From assembly GCF_008189525.1 (NCBI RefSeq), contig NZ_CP043314.1, positions 420,001 to 452,000 of the forward strand: 32,000 nucleotides of DNA, given 5' to 3'. This DNA comes from Candidatus Saccharimonadota bacterium. GTDB lineage: Bacteria; Pseudomonadota; Alphaproteobacteria; CAJXXZ01; 1604HC. The translations under genes and the position numbers were made by a program. Of the stretch, positions 8,381 to 17,838 are shown one piece after another; position 1 is the first letter of the stretch; each line of letters begins with the position of its first letter. Under the pieces are notes generated by a model. The model did not search any database. It was not told where the DNA came from and worked only from the letters and a program-made list of their open reading frames with translations.

Positions 8381-10258
8381 TTAAAAGCCTTCCATAAAAT
8401 CAACATTTTCATCAATGGTTCTTTCAGGAGATTGAGTTTCTGAACTGCTCAAAGATTTGTTTAAGCTTATAGAATCAATATCAACAGTATTTTTTACAAC
8501 TTCTTTTGAACCGTTTTCTCTCTCAGAATCTTTTTTCTTTCTTGGAATATTTGAAGTTACTAAATGAACCAAAACAACAGGATCTTTTCCTCTGCTCTCA
8601 AACATAGCATGGTGAACAGATTGCTTTACTTTTTCTGTCAAAACTTTGTACACTTTTCTATCATTTGAATCCATAGCAATAATATCTTTTTTCAAAGTTT
8701 CTTTGATACTATCTTTCAATGTGTCATTTTTTTCACATATTCCATAAAAACTTAAACTTGTTCTTATATAATCCTTATTATCTATAAAGATAGTAACGAA
8801 TATACATCCATCCTCAAGAAGATATCTTTGTCTAATAGTACTACCAAACTCTGGAACAAGCGCCTTTCCATCCACAACCATTCTTGAGCTAATCATTTTC
8901 TGTGAAACACCTACGCTCTTACCAGAAAGTACCAATATATCTCCATTTGAAACAATAAAAGGTTTTATATTAAGATTAGAAACAAGCTTTGCATGTGCTT
9001 TCTGATGGCATATTTCTCCATGAACTGGTACTGAAATTTTTGGCTTCAGCATTTTATAGAATTTTACCAAATCACTTTGCATTGGGTGCCCAGAAGCGTG
9101 AACCGGAGTTGAATCTGTATATTTAATTATATTTACATCAATCTTTGCAAAGTTGTTCAACATTTGAGAAACTTCTTTTTCTTTTCCTATAATAGTTCTT
9201 GCAGATATAAGTACAGTATCTCCTTTGTTTACTTTTATTCTTGGGTGATTGTTTTCAGAAAGCCTTTTCAGCCCTGAGTTCATTTCACCTTGGGATCCTG
9301 TACAAATAAACATTACTCTGCTTTTATCTATCCTACTTCCCTCATCTTCTGTTAGGAAATCTGGCAAATCTTTGAAATAACCATGTTTCAGTGCAGCATC
9401 TTTTATTCTATGTATAGATCTTCCAACTAATACTACACTTCTACCATACTTCTTAGCCAATCTAGCACAGCTGTCTACTCTAGCTACATTAGAAGAAAAA
9501 CAACCAATAACTATACGACTGTCCTTAGATTTAGCTTCTGATAAAGCTTGATCTATTGTATTTTGGACTTCCTTTTCAGTTACTGTCTCTTCATCAACCA
9601 TAGCATTTGTAGAGTCACAAACAGCAGCCAATATACCATCTTTAGCAGCGCTTTCCATTGATTTGTAGTCTGTAGGGATTCCTATTACAGGATTGTCTTC
9701 AAACTTCCAATCACCTGTATGCATAATATTTCCTAAAGGAGTTTTAATGTATATCATTGCACTTTCAGGTATAGAGTGAGTTACATTTATCCATTTTATG
9801 TCAAAAGGCCCTAAGTTTAATGTAGATCCCATATCTACTGTCTTAAGCACTCCCTTTGAGTTAGCTTCTTTCAATTTGTTATTTATCAAAGAAGATGTAA
9901 ATGGAGTAGCGTATACAGGAATATTCAAATCATCTATTAAGTAAGGAATTGCTCCTATATGATCTTCATGTCCATGTGTTATTATCAGCCCTAATACATC
10001 TTGTGGATCTAAGCTCTTTATAAAACTTATATCAGGGACCATAATATCAGATCCAGGGACCTTATCAAATGTAATTCCAAGATCAACTATAATCCACTTA
10101 CCATTGCAATGATAAAGATTCATATTCAATCCGAATTCTCCAGAACCACCCAAAGGCAAAAAACACAAAGAATTTCTATCTATGTTTATTTTTTCTTGCT
10201 CTTCTGTATTTTTTCTAGGAACTCTTTTGTAATTAAACTTTTTTCTTTTTATGTTCAC
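8381..10258 (-). CDS. rnj: Ribonuclease J (metallo-beta-lactamase / beta-CASP family)
   Basis: 625 aa. Motifs: ITHGHEDHIGAIPY (HxHxDH), MHTGDWKF, CDSTNA and VHASGH. It has basic N-terminal and S/K/E-rich C-terminal extensions. The GTG start at 10258 lies 2 nt from the murA stop; an internal start is possible. Confidence 0.85.
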   Translation of the reverse strand: MNIKRKKFNYKRVPRKNTEEQEKINIDRNSLCFLPLGGSGEFGLNMNLYHCNGKWIIVDLGITFDKVPGSDIMVPDISFIKSLDPQDVLGLIITHGHEDHIGAIPYLIDDLNIPVYATPFTSSLINNKLKEANSKGVLKTVDMGSTLNLGPFDIKWINVTHSIPESAMIYIKTPLGNIMHTGDWKFEDNPVIGIPTDYKSMESAAKDGILAAVCDSTNAMVDEETVTEKEVQNTIDQALSEAKSKDSRIVIGCFSSNVARVDSCARLAKKYGRSVVLVGRSIHRIKDAALKHGYFKDLPDFLTEDEGSRIDKSRVMFICTGSQGEMNSGLKRLSENNHPRIKVNKGDTVLISARTIIGKEKEVSQMLNNFAKIDVNIIKYTDSTPVHASGHPMQSDLVKFYKMLKPKISVPVHGEICHQKAHAKLVSNLNIKPFIVSNGDILVLSGKSVGVSQKMISSRMVVDGKALVPEFGSTIRQRYLLEDGCIFVTIFIDNKDYIRTSLSFYGICEKNDTLKDSIKETLKKDIIAMDSNDRKVYKVLTEKVKQSVHHAMFESRGKDPVVLVHLVTSNIPRKKKDSERENGSKEVVKNTVDIDSISLNKSLSSSETQSPERTIDENVDFMEGF

Positions 10259-10260
10259 TA

Positions 10261-11577
10261 TTAAATTACCTCATTATCTATTAATTTTACATTAACATTA
10301 ACAGATTTCAGCTTGTTATATAAGTCTGAATACCCTCTGTACACAAAATCCATATTTCCTATCGATGTAGTCCCTTCAGATATGCAAGCAGCCAATACGT
10401 AAGCCATTCCTGATCTAAGGTTTTCTGCAAAAACAGTTTTTTTAGGTGCAGTAAGTTTTGTAGGACCTACTATAAAACCGCTATGCAAATAATTCTGATC
10501 TTTAAACCTACAAACATCACCAACGCAATGAACACTAGAGTAAGTGTTAGCTCCGAAGAGTTTCAAAGTTTCTAAGTGATGCAATCTGTATTTAAATAAA
10601 GTTTCATGGATAATACCCATTCCCTCAGATTGAGTCATCATTACGCTAAGCATTGCTTGATAATCAGTTGAAAAACCTGGATAAGTATCTGTTTGTACTA
10701 AAATGTTATGTAATTTTTCTTTTTTAAAAAATTTTATGGAATTTTTTTCTAATTCAAATCCCCCACCCATTCTTCTAAATATTCCTAGAAATCCACTCAT
10801 GTGCTCAGGATTTATATTTTCTACCTCTATAACAGAATCTGTACATGCTGCTAAAACTGCCCATGAAGAAGCCTCAACTCTGTCTCCAATCATTTCTGTT
10901 TTTATACCACAAAGCTCTTCCACACCTTCAACAAACAATTTTCTTGTTTTTAAATAATGTATTTTAGCTCCCATGTTTTGTAACATAGTAATTAAGGATT
11001 TGATTTCTGGCTCTATAGCTATATTTTCTATAGTACTAAAGCCTTTTGCCATTACTGCAAGAAATATAGCAAATTCAGTAGCTCCAACAGAAGGAAAATC
11101 AAGCTTTATATCTTGACCCTCTAGTTTTTTAGATTTTTCAGCAAAAAAAGAACAATCTTTACTTCCTAATTTGAATCCAAATTTTTCACTTATTTTTTCG
11201 TGAAAATTCAATGGTCTGCCAGAAAAATCACAACCGTCTTGGTTTGGAACCTCCACATAATCAAATTTATGTATTAACACAGCAAGGAAGAGTATGGAAA
11301 GCCTTCCATACATAACATTATCTCTTGCCTTTATTATAGATTTACTTTTCCCTGGGATCACTTCAGCTTTATTATTTTTAATAATAAGGGATCCACCACA
11401 ATCTTCGATTAGAGTTTTAAGGGAATCTATATCACCTATTTCAGGAACATTTTCGAAAAATGATGTTTGATCAGATAACATGGAAGCTATAATGGCCTTT
11501 GTTGAAAAATTTTTAGAACCAGAACAGGTTATTTTACCACCTATGTTCTTACTCCCAGTTATTTGACAAAAATTCAC
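10261..11577 (-). CDS. murA: UDP-N-acetylglucosamine 1-carboxyvinyltransferase
   Basis: 438 aa with a GTG start. Motifs: GKITCSGSKNFSTKAI (GAKNA-like), DGCDFSGRPLNFH (active-site Cys loop), and repeated EPSP/MurA-fold segments ending YRGYSDLYNKLKSV. Confidence 0.9.
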   Translation of the reverse strand: MNFCQITGSKNIGGKITCSGSKNFSTKAIIASMLSDQTSFFENVPEIGDIDSLKTLIEDCGGSLIIKNNKAEVIPGKSKSIIKARDNVMYGRLSILFLAVLIHKFDYVEVPNQDGCDFSGRPLNFHEKISEKFGFKLGSKDCSFFAEKSKKLEGQDIKLDFPSVGATEFAIFLAVMAKGFSTIENIAIEPEIKSLITMLQNMGAKIHYLKTRKLFVEGVEELCGIKTEMIGDRVEASSWAVLAACTDSVIEVENINPEHMSGFLGIFRRMGGGFELEKNSIKFFKKEKLHNILVQTDTYPGFSTDYQAMLSVMMTQSEGMGIIHETLFKYRLHHLETLKLFGANTYSSVHCVGDVCRFKDQNYLHSGFIVGPTKLTAPKKTVFAENLRSGMAYVLAACISEGTTSIGNMDFVYRGYSDLYNKLKSVNVNVKLIDNEVI

Positions 11578-11697
11578 ATAAAGATATTAACCTAGTTTTA
11601 ATAATAATAACAGAAAGACTAAATATAACGAAAATGAACTAATGCACTAAACAAAACTTTTTATTATAACTTAAAGTCATGAAATATTTAAATAAAT

Positions 11698-12213
11698 TCA
11701 AGTAAAAGAGCTTACACTTCTCAAGTATTTAGCAATTTTGTCATATCCTTTTTTAGTATGTGAGGAAGTAAGGAAATTACTTTCAAAGTCCAAAGAATCT
11801 TTTTTATCAGACTTCGTTCCTACTATTTTAAAAGGCACATTGTTTTCACGGCAGAAATCTATAACCTCTCTATCTAAATCCATCACTCCTCTTCTAGAAT
11901 CTATAAGAATAAAAATCTCATCAACTCTTCCAGAAAACAAGTAATCTCTAGCCATATCAACCATAAAGTTTTTTCTTTGTCTACCCATATTTGCATAACC
12001 ATATCCAGGCAAATCCACAAAATTTACTGAATAAGAAGTCTCATGGAACCCTAGCCATCTTGTACACCCAGGCTTCTTTGCTACCCTAGAAATTTTCTCA
12101 CCTAAAATACAATTCAAAAAAGAAGATTTACCAACATTAGATCTACCCATAATTGCTATTTCATATTTTTCTTTAACTGGTAGATTTTTAAAATCGTATA
12201 TTTTTTTTACCAT
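11698..12213 (-). CDS. engB: Ribosome biogenesis GTPase EngB/YsxC
   Basis: 171 aa. Motifs: IMGRSNVGKSSFLN (G1), DLPGYGYA (G3), GTKSDK (G4). Confidence 0.9.
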   Translation of the reverse strand: MVKKIYDFKNLPVKEKYEIAIMGRSNVGKSSFLNCILGEKISRVAKKPGCTRWLGFHETSYSVNFVDLPGYGYANMGRQRKNFMVDMARDYLFSGRVDEIFILIDSRRGVMDLDREVIDFCRENNVPFKIVGTKSDKKDSLDFESNFLTSSHTKKGYDKIAKYLRSVSSFT

Positions 12214-12385
12214 AATCTTTTACCACAATCCAATTACAAACATTAACTTAATTATAAATAATAATCTAATGCTTTATAAAAACTTAATAAACTTTCAAAA
12301 AATTATCATAAAATATTTGAAATCAAAAAACCAAACTTTATGAACAATTTTATTAACATGAACAAATAATAAATAAACAGCTTAA

Positions 12386-12409
12386 GTGGATTTATGGATT
12401 TGTGGATTT
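12386..12409. repeat. Three tandem octamers (G/A)TGGATTT
   Basis: gTGGATTT aTGGATTT gTGGATTT, read directly. It lies in the alaS-engB spacer, about 175 nt upstream of the engB ATG. The third unit with its flank, TGTGGATTT, matches the DnaA-box complement TGTGGATAA at 7 of 9 positions. Confidence 0.7.
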
Positions 12410-12451
12410 AAATTTTGACAATTAAACTTTAGTTATATACAAATAATTTAT

Positions 12452-15073
12452 TTAAATTTCTTTAATAATATTCACTAAACCCAATATGTCAGGGTTATTT
12501 ATACTTCCTTGCACTAAGTCTTCCCTTCCACCTCCTGTGGCATTTATTTCCTTAAGATACTCTTTAGCAGACAAAAAATCATGCTTAGAAATCTTATTAA
12601 CTCTAATAACAATCGAATTGTTTTTATCATTCTTTCTTTTATCTTGTATGGTATTGTTATTTACGTTATTTGAATCTACTTTTCTATCATTAAAATCAGC
12701 AGATTCTTTGTTGATTATTATAAGCAAGTCACACCTTTTGATTAACTTATCACTAAGTTCTTTCATTTTTGACTTTGGAAGATTTACACATTCTATGTAC
12801 CCTAAATCACCTCTTTTAGATTTTATAACATTTAAGTTTTTATCAAGTTCTTCTAAGTTTTTAGAATCAAATCCTGCACAATCACCATCAAAACCAGACT
12901 TATTTCTAAGATCAGCTTTATTAGAATTTATTTTTTTAGAAATATTATCCCCTGAGCTTCCATTTTTGGATTTGTAATTATCTGCATTTTTGTAATTTTC
13001 CAGATTCTTTATATTCTCTAATCCATTTTTAATAGCTGCAATACCTGTCAGTGCTTCAATTCTTTTCACTCCTGCTGATACACTTTTACAACTTCTTATA
13101 TAAAATGAACCAATTTCTCCTACTCTTTCTACATGAGTACCACAGCATAATTCAGCAGAAAACTGCCCTATCCTTACAACCCTTACTTTACTTGGGTATC
13201 CCTTTTCTGTAATCAAAACATTTTCTTTCATAGCCTCTTCAAAAGTTTTACTTTCTATTTTGACTTCATGATTTTTTTGTATTAACTTGTTAATTTCTAA
13301 AGTTATTTCTTCTAATTCATCTTTTGTAATGTTTTCAGGTTTAGAGAAGTCCAGCCTCAAAGAATCGTGTTTTACAGAAGATCCTTTTTGTAATACTGTA
13401 TCACCAAATTTCTTTCTCAACACATGAAGCAAAATATGAGTAGAAGTATGATGTTTTTCTAGTCCTTTCCTTTTTTCTATATCTATAGAGGATTTTGCAT
13501 CTTGACCTATTTCTAATTCACCTTCTTTTAAGTAACCAACGTGCCAAATGGAATTTTTATCCTTAAACATTTCTTCAACAACGAAAACACCAGTATCTGT
13601 AGAGATCACACCTGAATCACTAGCTTGTCCTCCAGATTCTGTATAAAAAGTAGTTTTGTCTAACAACACAAAGACTTTTCCACAAAGTTCTTTATCTACC
13701 TTTATCACATCATTTGCTTCTTTGCATTTTGTTATATCTAAGCACTTCAAATCAATGATTTTAGATGAAGTTTCTTTTAGCTCATATCCAATAAATTCGC
13801 TATTTTTATCACATATACCTAAATCATATTTCTTTTTGGAATCTTTTTTCCTATTGGCAAGAATCCTATCAAATTCATTTTTTTCCACTTCTATGCCTTT
13901 TTCTCTTAAAATATCAAAAGATAAATCATATGGAAATCCATATGTATCATAAAGCTCAAAAACATTCTGAGCAGAAACTTTTTCAAGTTCTACATATTTG
14001 TTTAACCTGCACATTCCTGTCTCATAAATTCTACCAAACTGCTCTTGTTCTGCTTTTATTGACTGAATAACTTTTTGTTTATTATGTAATATTTCTGGAT
14101 AAAATTCAGACATATTTTGTACGGTATAATCTACGCAAGCTTCAATTATTCCTTTATTTTCTAAACCTTTGTCCACTATTCTACGCATTGCTCTTCTCAT
14201 TATTCTCCTAAGAACATATCCTCTTCCTTCTGAAGAAGTTTCTATTCCATCAGAAACAATAAAAGTAATTGCTCTGGAATGATCTGCTATAACTCTCTTA
14301 TCAGTTTCAGATAAAGATTTATGTTTATTGTCGAAATCTAATTCTGTAATTATTTTCAACATATTTTTAAAAAATGGAGCTTCATAGTTATCATTTGTTC
14401 CAGATACAGTAGCTTCTAAGCGCTCTAAACCCATACCAGCATCTACACAAGGGTTAGGAAGTTTTAATTTTATGCCATTCTCCACTGTATGAGTCATAAA
14501 GACCATATTCCAAATCTCTATAAATCTATCCCCAGAGTGGAAATCCCCTTTTATATGATTTCCATGATCATAAAATATTTCTGTACATATTCCGCAAGGA
14601 CCTTCTTCTCCAGCGCTCCATTCATTTGTTTTTTCATCTATTATTCTAGATTTATCTACAAATTTAGACCAAATTTTTCTACTCTCTAAATCAGAGGGAT
14701 GCACTGTCACATATATTTTAGAAATATCTAAATTTATAGATTTAATAAAATCCCAAGACATGTGAATTGCTTTTTCTTTAAAATAATCACCAAAAGAAAA
14801 ATTTCCCAGCATTTGGAAAAATGTGTGATGCCTTTTTGTGAAACCAACTTCATCTAAATCATTATGCTTTCCACCTGCTCTAAGGCATTTTTGACAATTT
14901 ACGACAGATTTTGCTGGAGGAACTTGCTGTCCAAGAAAAAAACTTTTCATAGGAGCCATTCCAGAATTTATAAACAATATAGAATCATCTCTCTCTGGTA
15001 TTAAAGAAAAAGATTTTATTTTTTTATGATTTTTATTTTCAAAGAAATTTAAAAATTGGTTCATTAAAGTCAT
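12452..15073 (-). CDS. alaS: Alanyl-tRNA synthetase
   Basis: 873 aa. Motifs: FINSGMAPMK, KCLRAGGKHNDLDEVG, HHTFFQMLGNFSFGDYFK, the editing-domain HTSTHIL and CCGTHV, and C-Ala GGGREDLVQG. It carries N/K/S-rich inserts in the C-terminal third. Confidence 0.95.
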   Translation of the reverse strand: MTLMNQFLNFFENKNHKKIKSFSLIPERDDSILFINSGMAPMKSFFLGQQVPPAKSVVNCQKCLRAGGKHNDLDEVGFTKRHHTFFQMLGNFSFGDYFKEKAIHMSWDFIKSINLDISKIYVTVHPSDLESRKIWSKFVDKSRIIDEKTNEWSAGEEGPCGICTEIFYDHGNHIKGDFHSGDRFIEIWNMVFMTHTVENGIKLKLPNPCVDAGMGLERLEATVSGTNDNYEAPFFKNMLKIITELDFDNKHKSLSETDKRVIADHSRAITFIVSDGIETSSEGRGYVLRRIMRRAMRRIVDKGLENKGIIEACVDYTVQNMSEFYPEILHNKQKVIQSIKAEQEQFGRIYETGMCRLNKYVELEKVSAQNVFELYDTYGFPYDLSFDILREKGIEVEKNEFDRILANRKKDSKKKYDLGICDKNSEFIGYELKETSSKIIDLKCLDITKCKEANDVIKVDKELCGKVFVLLDKTTFYTESGGQASDSGVISTDTGVFVVEEMFKDKNSIWHVGYLKEGELEIGQDAKSSIDIEKRKGLEKHHTSTHILLHVLRKKFGDTVLQKGSSVKHDSLRLDFSKPENITKDELEEITLEINKLIQKNHEVKIESKTFEEAMKENVLITEKGYPSKVRVVRIGQFSAELCCGTHVERVGEIGSFYIRSCKSVSAGVKRIEALTGIAAIKNGLENIKNLENYKNADNYKSKNGSSGDNISKKINSNKADLRNKSGFDGDCAGFDSKNLEELDKNLNVIKSKRGDLGYIECVNLPKSKMKELSDKLIKRCDLLIIINKESADFNDRKVDSNNVNNNTIQDKRKNDKNNSIVIRVNKISKHDFLSAKEYLKEINATGGGREDLVQGSINNPDILGLVNIIKEI

Positions 15074-15407
15074 TAACGAAATGATATATTAAAAACTTAG
15101 TAAGAGTAAGATAAATTAAATCTTATAAGGATTAAAAATTGAAGTGATTTCAATTTTATATAATAAACAAATTGATGTATAAATTAATACAAAAAACACA
15201 GTTAAGTAAATTTAATTCGCTTAACCTTGTGTATGACATAAATATTAAACCTATGTAAATTAAGACATAAAATTTAAATTATTTATATATTGCAAATAAG
15301 ATTTAAAGAACAAAATACTTTTTAACTAACCTTATTAAGATCTATTTTAAATATTTTAATTAAAATAAAGCTATTTACAAACAATCATACTCCGAATTCA
15401 TTTAGAA

Positions 15408-16331
15408 TTAGAATCTAATTTTGTATCCAATTCCTAGTTTAATTCCACCACAGAATTCATTCTTCAATGTACCTTTGAATTTGTGATCTACTTCTTTGAC
15501 TTTTCCATCCATTTCTACATTCTTAGAGAACATTACTCCAAGAGAACCTTCTACATTAAAGAACAATCCATTAGAAAGAACTATCTTAGTACCTAGAGGA
15601 AGCACTAACCCTAGTCTGTGACAACTGGACTCAATATGATCACTGTCATTTGAACCAAGAATCAACTGAGCGTTGTAAGCTCCATGCTTTAGTCCTAAAC
15701 CTGAGTACAAACAAACCATTTTGTTTACCATGTAACCACCAAGAATACTTGCATTAAGACCCCAGTAAGATTCTAAGTTAAATCTATTGTGTGCTACTTC
15801 AGGATTCAAAGGAGCAGAAGAATCAGCGTCTGCAGAATTTTCTGTCACTACAGGCAACATCTCATTTTCTTTTAGATTATTAAGAATTGTATCTTCTTCT
15901 CCAGGCTTTGCTCCATGTGTGTAAGCATCATTTAGATAAGCATTAGTGTGACCCAAACTAATTCCAAATCTAGCTCCTATAAATGCATTCCCCATTTTTC
16001 TTCCGTATTCTACAAAAGGATTTCCTTTGAAAAGGCTTCCTGCATTTTTTGTTTCTACCTTTATATCTTCTGAGTTAGTGTATACTCCTGCATCATTCTT
16101 AGATAAAGCTACAGCACCTACTCTGTCTACATCTGTTTCTATTGATTCAGATTTTAGTTTCATATTATGAAATTCTATATCCAAATCAGCACCAAATCCT
16201 ATGTAGTTCTTCTTCTGGCTTTGTGTGTACTTAGAAACAGACTGTCTCTTGCTAGAAACCATTTTCTTTTGAGCAGATATATTTCCAATCAAAGTAAACA
16301 AAGATAAAGCTAAAATAGTTTTTCTATTCAT
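15408..16331 (-). CDS. Outer-membrane beta-barrel protein (surface-antigen/porin-like)
   Basis: 307 aa. The signal peptide MNRKTILALSLFTLIGNISAQ is followed by alternating hydrophobic beta-strand patterning, and the terminus GIGYKIRF ends in aromatic Phe as is typical of OMPs. A GGAGGA RBS lies upstream of the ATG. Confidence 0.7.
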   Translation of the reverse strand: MNRKTILALSLFTLIGNISAQKKMVSSKRQSVSKYTQSQKKNYIGFGADLDIEFHNMKLKSESIETDVDRVGAVALSKNDAGVYTNSEDIKVETKNAGSLFKGNPFVEYGRKMGNAFIGARFGISLGHTNAYLNDAYTHGAKPGEEDTILNNLKENEMLPVVTENSADADSSAPLNPEVAHNRFNLESYWGLNASILGGYMVNKMVCLYSGLGLKHGAYNAQLILGSNDSDHIESSCHRLGLVLPLGTKIVLSNGLFFNVEGSLGVMFSKNVEMDGKVKEVDHKFKGTLKNEFCGGIKLGIGYKIRF

Positions 16332-16632
16332 TTTTCCTCCATAGAGAGTCCTACTCCCAATTTATTCTCAAAGAATAATTTCTAAACGTAAATAAATCAA
16401 TAACAATATATTTATTTCTTATTAAAAAAAGATATTAAATGAATAATTTTATAAATCAGAGAACTTTCACTTATTTTAAAACAATAACAACACAAATCAA
16501 TTAATATATACATATATTATATTACTCACCTAACAGACCCAATTCATAAATAGTTTCATAAAATACACTATGAATCATTACAAACTCTTCTAAATTACTA
16601 CTAAAAATGTGAAGATTGTACTTGTTAAATAT

Positions 16633-17211
16633 ATGAAAATTTATGGATCTGTCTTTTGCCCGTTTAGAAGGTATTTAGAAATAATTTTACAAGAACAAAA
16701 AGTTGAATTCACTGTGTCAGAATCTCCTGAAGATGTTTTTTTTCCTTATATCAAGGAGAATGGGAAAACTTACATAGGACTGCTTTCTACTGATGAAGTT
16801 ATCAATAAGATAGATAAAAATGATAAACCTTGGTTTTTCTGGATTATTACTGATTTCTTTCCTAGTCTAAAATTGATAATAAAACAAAGGTTCTTCAATG
16901 AATTCAATACAAATCACAGTAGCCAGATTTTGGAATACTCTAAGAGAGATATGAATGATTTCTTGATCAAGTTAGAATCAATATTTTCTGACCAAAATTG
17001 GATTGGTAAATATGGACCATCTTCTTCTGATTTTTTGTTTTCTTCAATAATTTCTTATCTAGATTACTTAAATGAAATAAAGTGGACAAAATATGAGAAT
17101 ATCAAAATATGGTATTCAAGTATAAAGTGCAGACCGTCATTCGACAAAGTTTTATCATACAGACTGCCAGGCATAAAGCCCTCTCCTCAGTATAAAATTA
17201 TAGATTTCTGA
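16633..17211 (+). CDS. Glutathione S-transferase-like / thioredoxin-fold protein
   Basis: The N-terminus MKIYGSVFCPFRRYLEIIL..KVEF resembles a GST/Grx N-domain with CPF. The C-terminal W....I..RPSF segment (WYSSIKCRPSFDKV) resembles GST C-domains. The maximal ORF begins at GTG 16609; I prefer ATG 16633. The functional call is weak. Confidence 0.5.
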   Translation: MKIYGSVFCPFRRYLEIILQEQKVEFTVSESPEDVFFPYIKENGKTYIGLLSTDEVINKIDKNDKPWFFWIITDFFPSLKLIIKQRFFNEFNTNHSSQILEYSKRDMNDFLIKLESIFSDQNWIGKYGPSSSDFLFSSIISYLDYLNEIKWTKYENIKIWYSSIKCRPSFDKVLSYRLPGIKPSPQYKIIDF

Positions 17212-17323
17212 GAATATCTTAACCTATAAACTTTTTAACATTTCAAAATAAATCAATATCAAGAATGTGAAATAAACAAACAAACTGTACAAAATTGTGT
17301 ACGTGATATAGAATTGTCTAACG

Positions 17324-17770
17324 ATGGAATGTGTATTAAGTAAATTATCCAAAGTTCTTATGATGGAAATCAAGGATAAGGATAAAAAATCTTTTGAACA
17401 AGATTTGGAAAATATTTTACAATTAATAGAGAAAGTAAAACAAATTACATCAAATAGCACAGAATCACAAAACTCTAATTTACTTGAATGTTCTCATACA
17501 AACCGAATTCATAAATACGAAATGTCTCCGACCCAAGAGGATGAAATAAATCCAGTGGCGTTTGACGCTTTTCTAAACAAGTACAACTCATTGTCAAACT
17601 GTATAAATAATCAAAACCTAATTAATGACTCTGTAAGTATAAGCACAATTAATATAGAAAATGATTTCTATTCACCTGACTATGAAACACCAATAAAAGA
17701 TATAGAAAAATTAAAAGAACAAGAGAGTATGGAAACTAAAAATTTCTTCATAACTGATGGAGTGTTATAG
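17324..17770 (+). CDS. gatC: Glu/Asp-tRNA amidotransferase subunit C, extended form
   Basis: It lies directly upstream of gatA. LSKLSKVLMMEIKDKDKKSFEQDLENILQLIEKVKQI follows the GatC pattern (vAkLArL.l.eeE...f..dL..Il.fve.l.ev). The C-terminal FFITDGVL resembles the GatC tail (f.VPkvl). It is 148 aa against roughly 95 aa typically. An alternative TTG start exists at 17315. Confidence 0.65.
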   Translation: MECVLSKLSKVLMMEIKDKDKKSFEQDLENILQLIEKVKQITSNSTESQNSNLLECSHTNRIHKYEMSPTQEDEINPVAFDAFLNKYNSLSNCINNQNLINDSVSISTINIENDFYSPDYETPIKDIEKLKEQESMETKNFFITDGVL

Positions 17771-17838
17771 CACTTTCAAGAAGTATGGTTTGAAAGCATG
17801 TATTCAAATAAATTAAATAAAAAATTAGGAGGAAAAAT

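Noticed and set aside
10703-11944. Plus-strand ORFs 10703-10957 (in murA) and 11738-11944 (in engB)
   Set aside because: These are antisense shadow ORFs inside well-supported genes.
12486-14689. Plus-strand ORFs 12486-12977 (163 aa), 13656-13952 and 14489-14689 inside alaS
   Set aside because: They are antisense to alaS. The longest coincides with the N/K/S-rich insert of AlaRS, whose reverse complement is naturally stop-poor and F/L/S-rich.
17224-17460. 78-aa minus-strand ORF overlapping the gatC 5' region
   Set aside because: It is a hydrophobic, low-complexity product with no RBS. It overlaps the GatC-like N-terminal helix region that sits in the expected position upstream of gatA.
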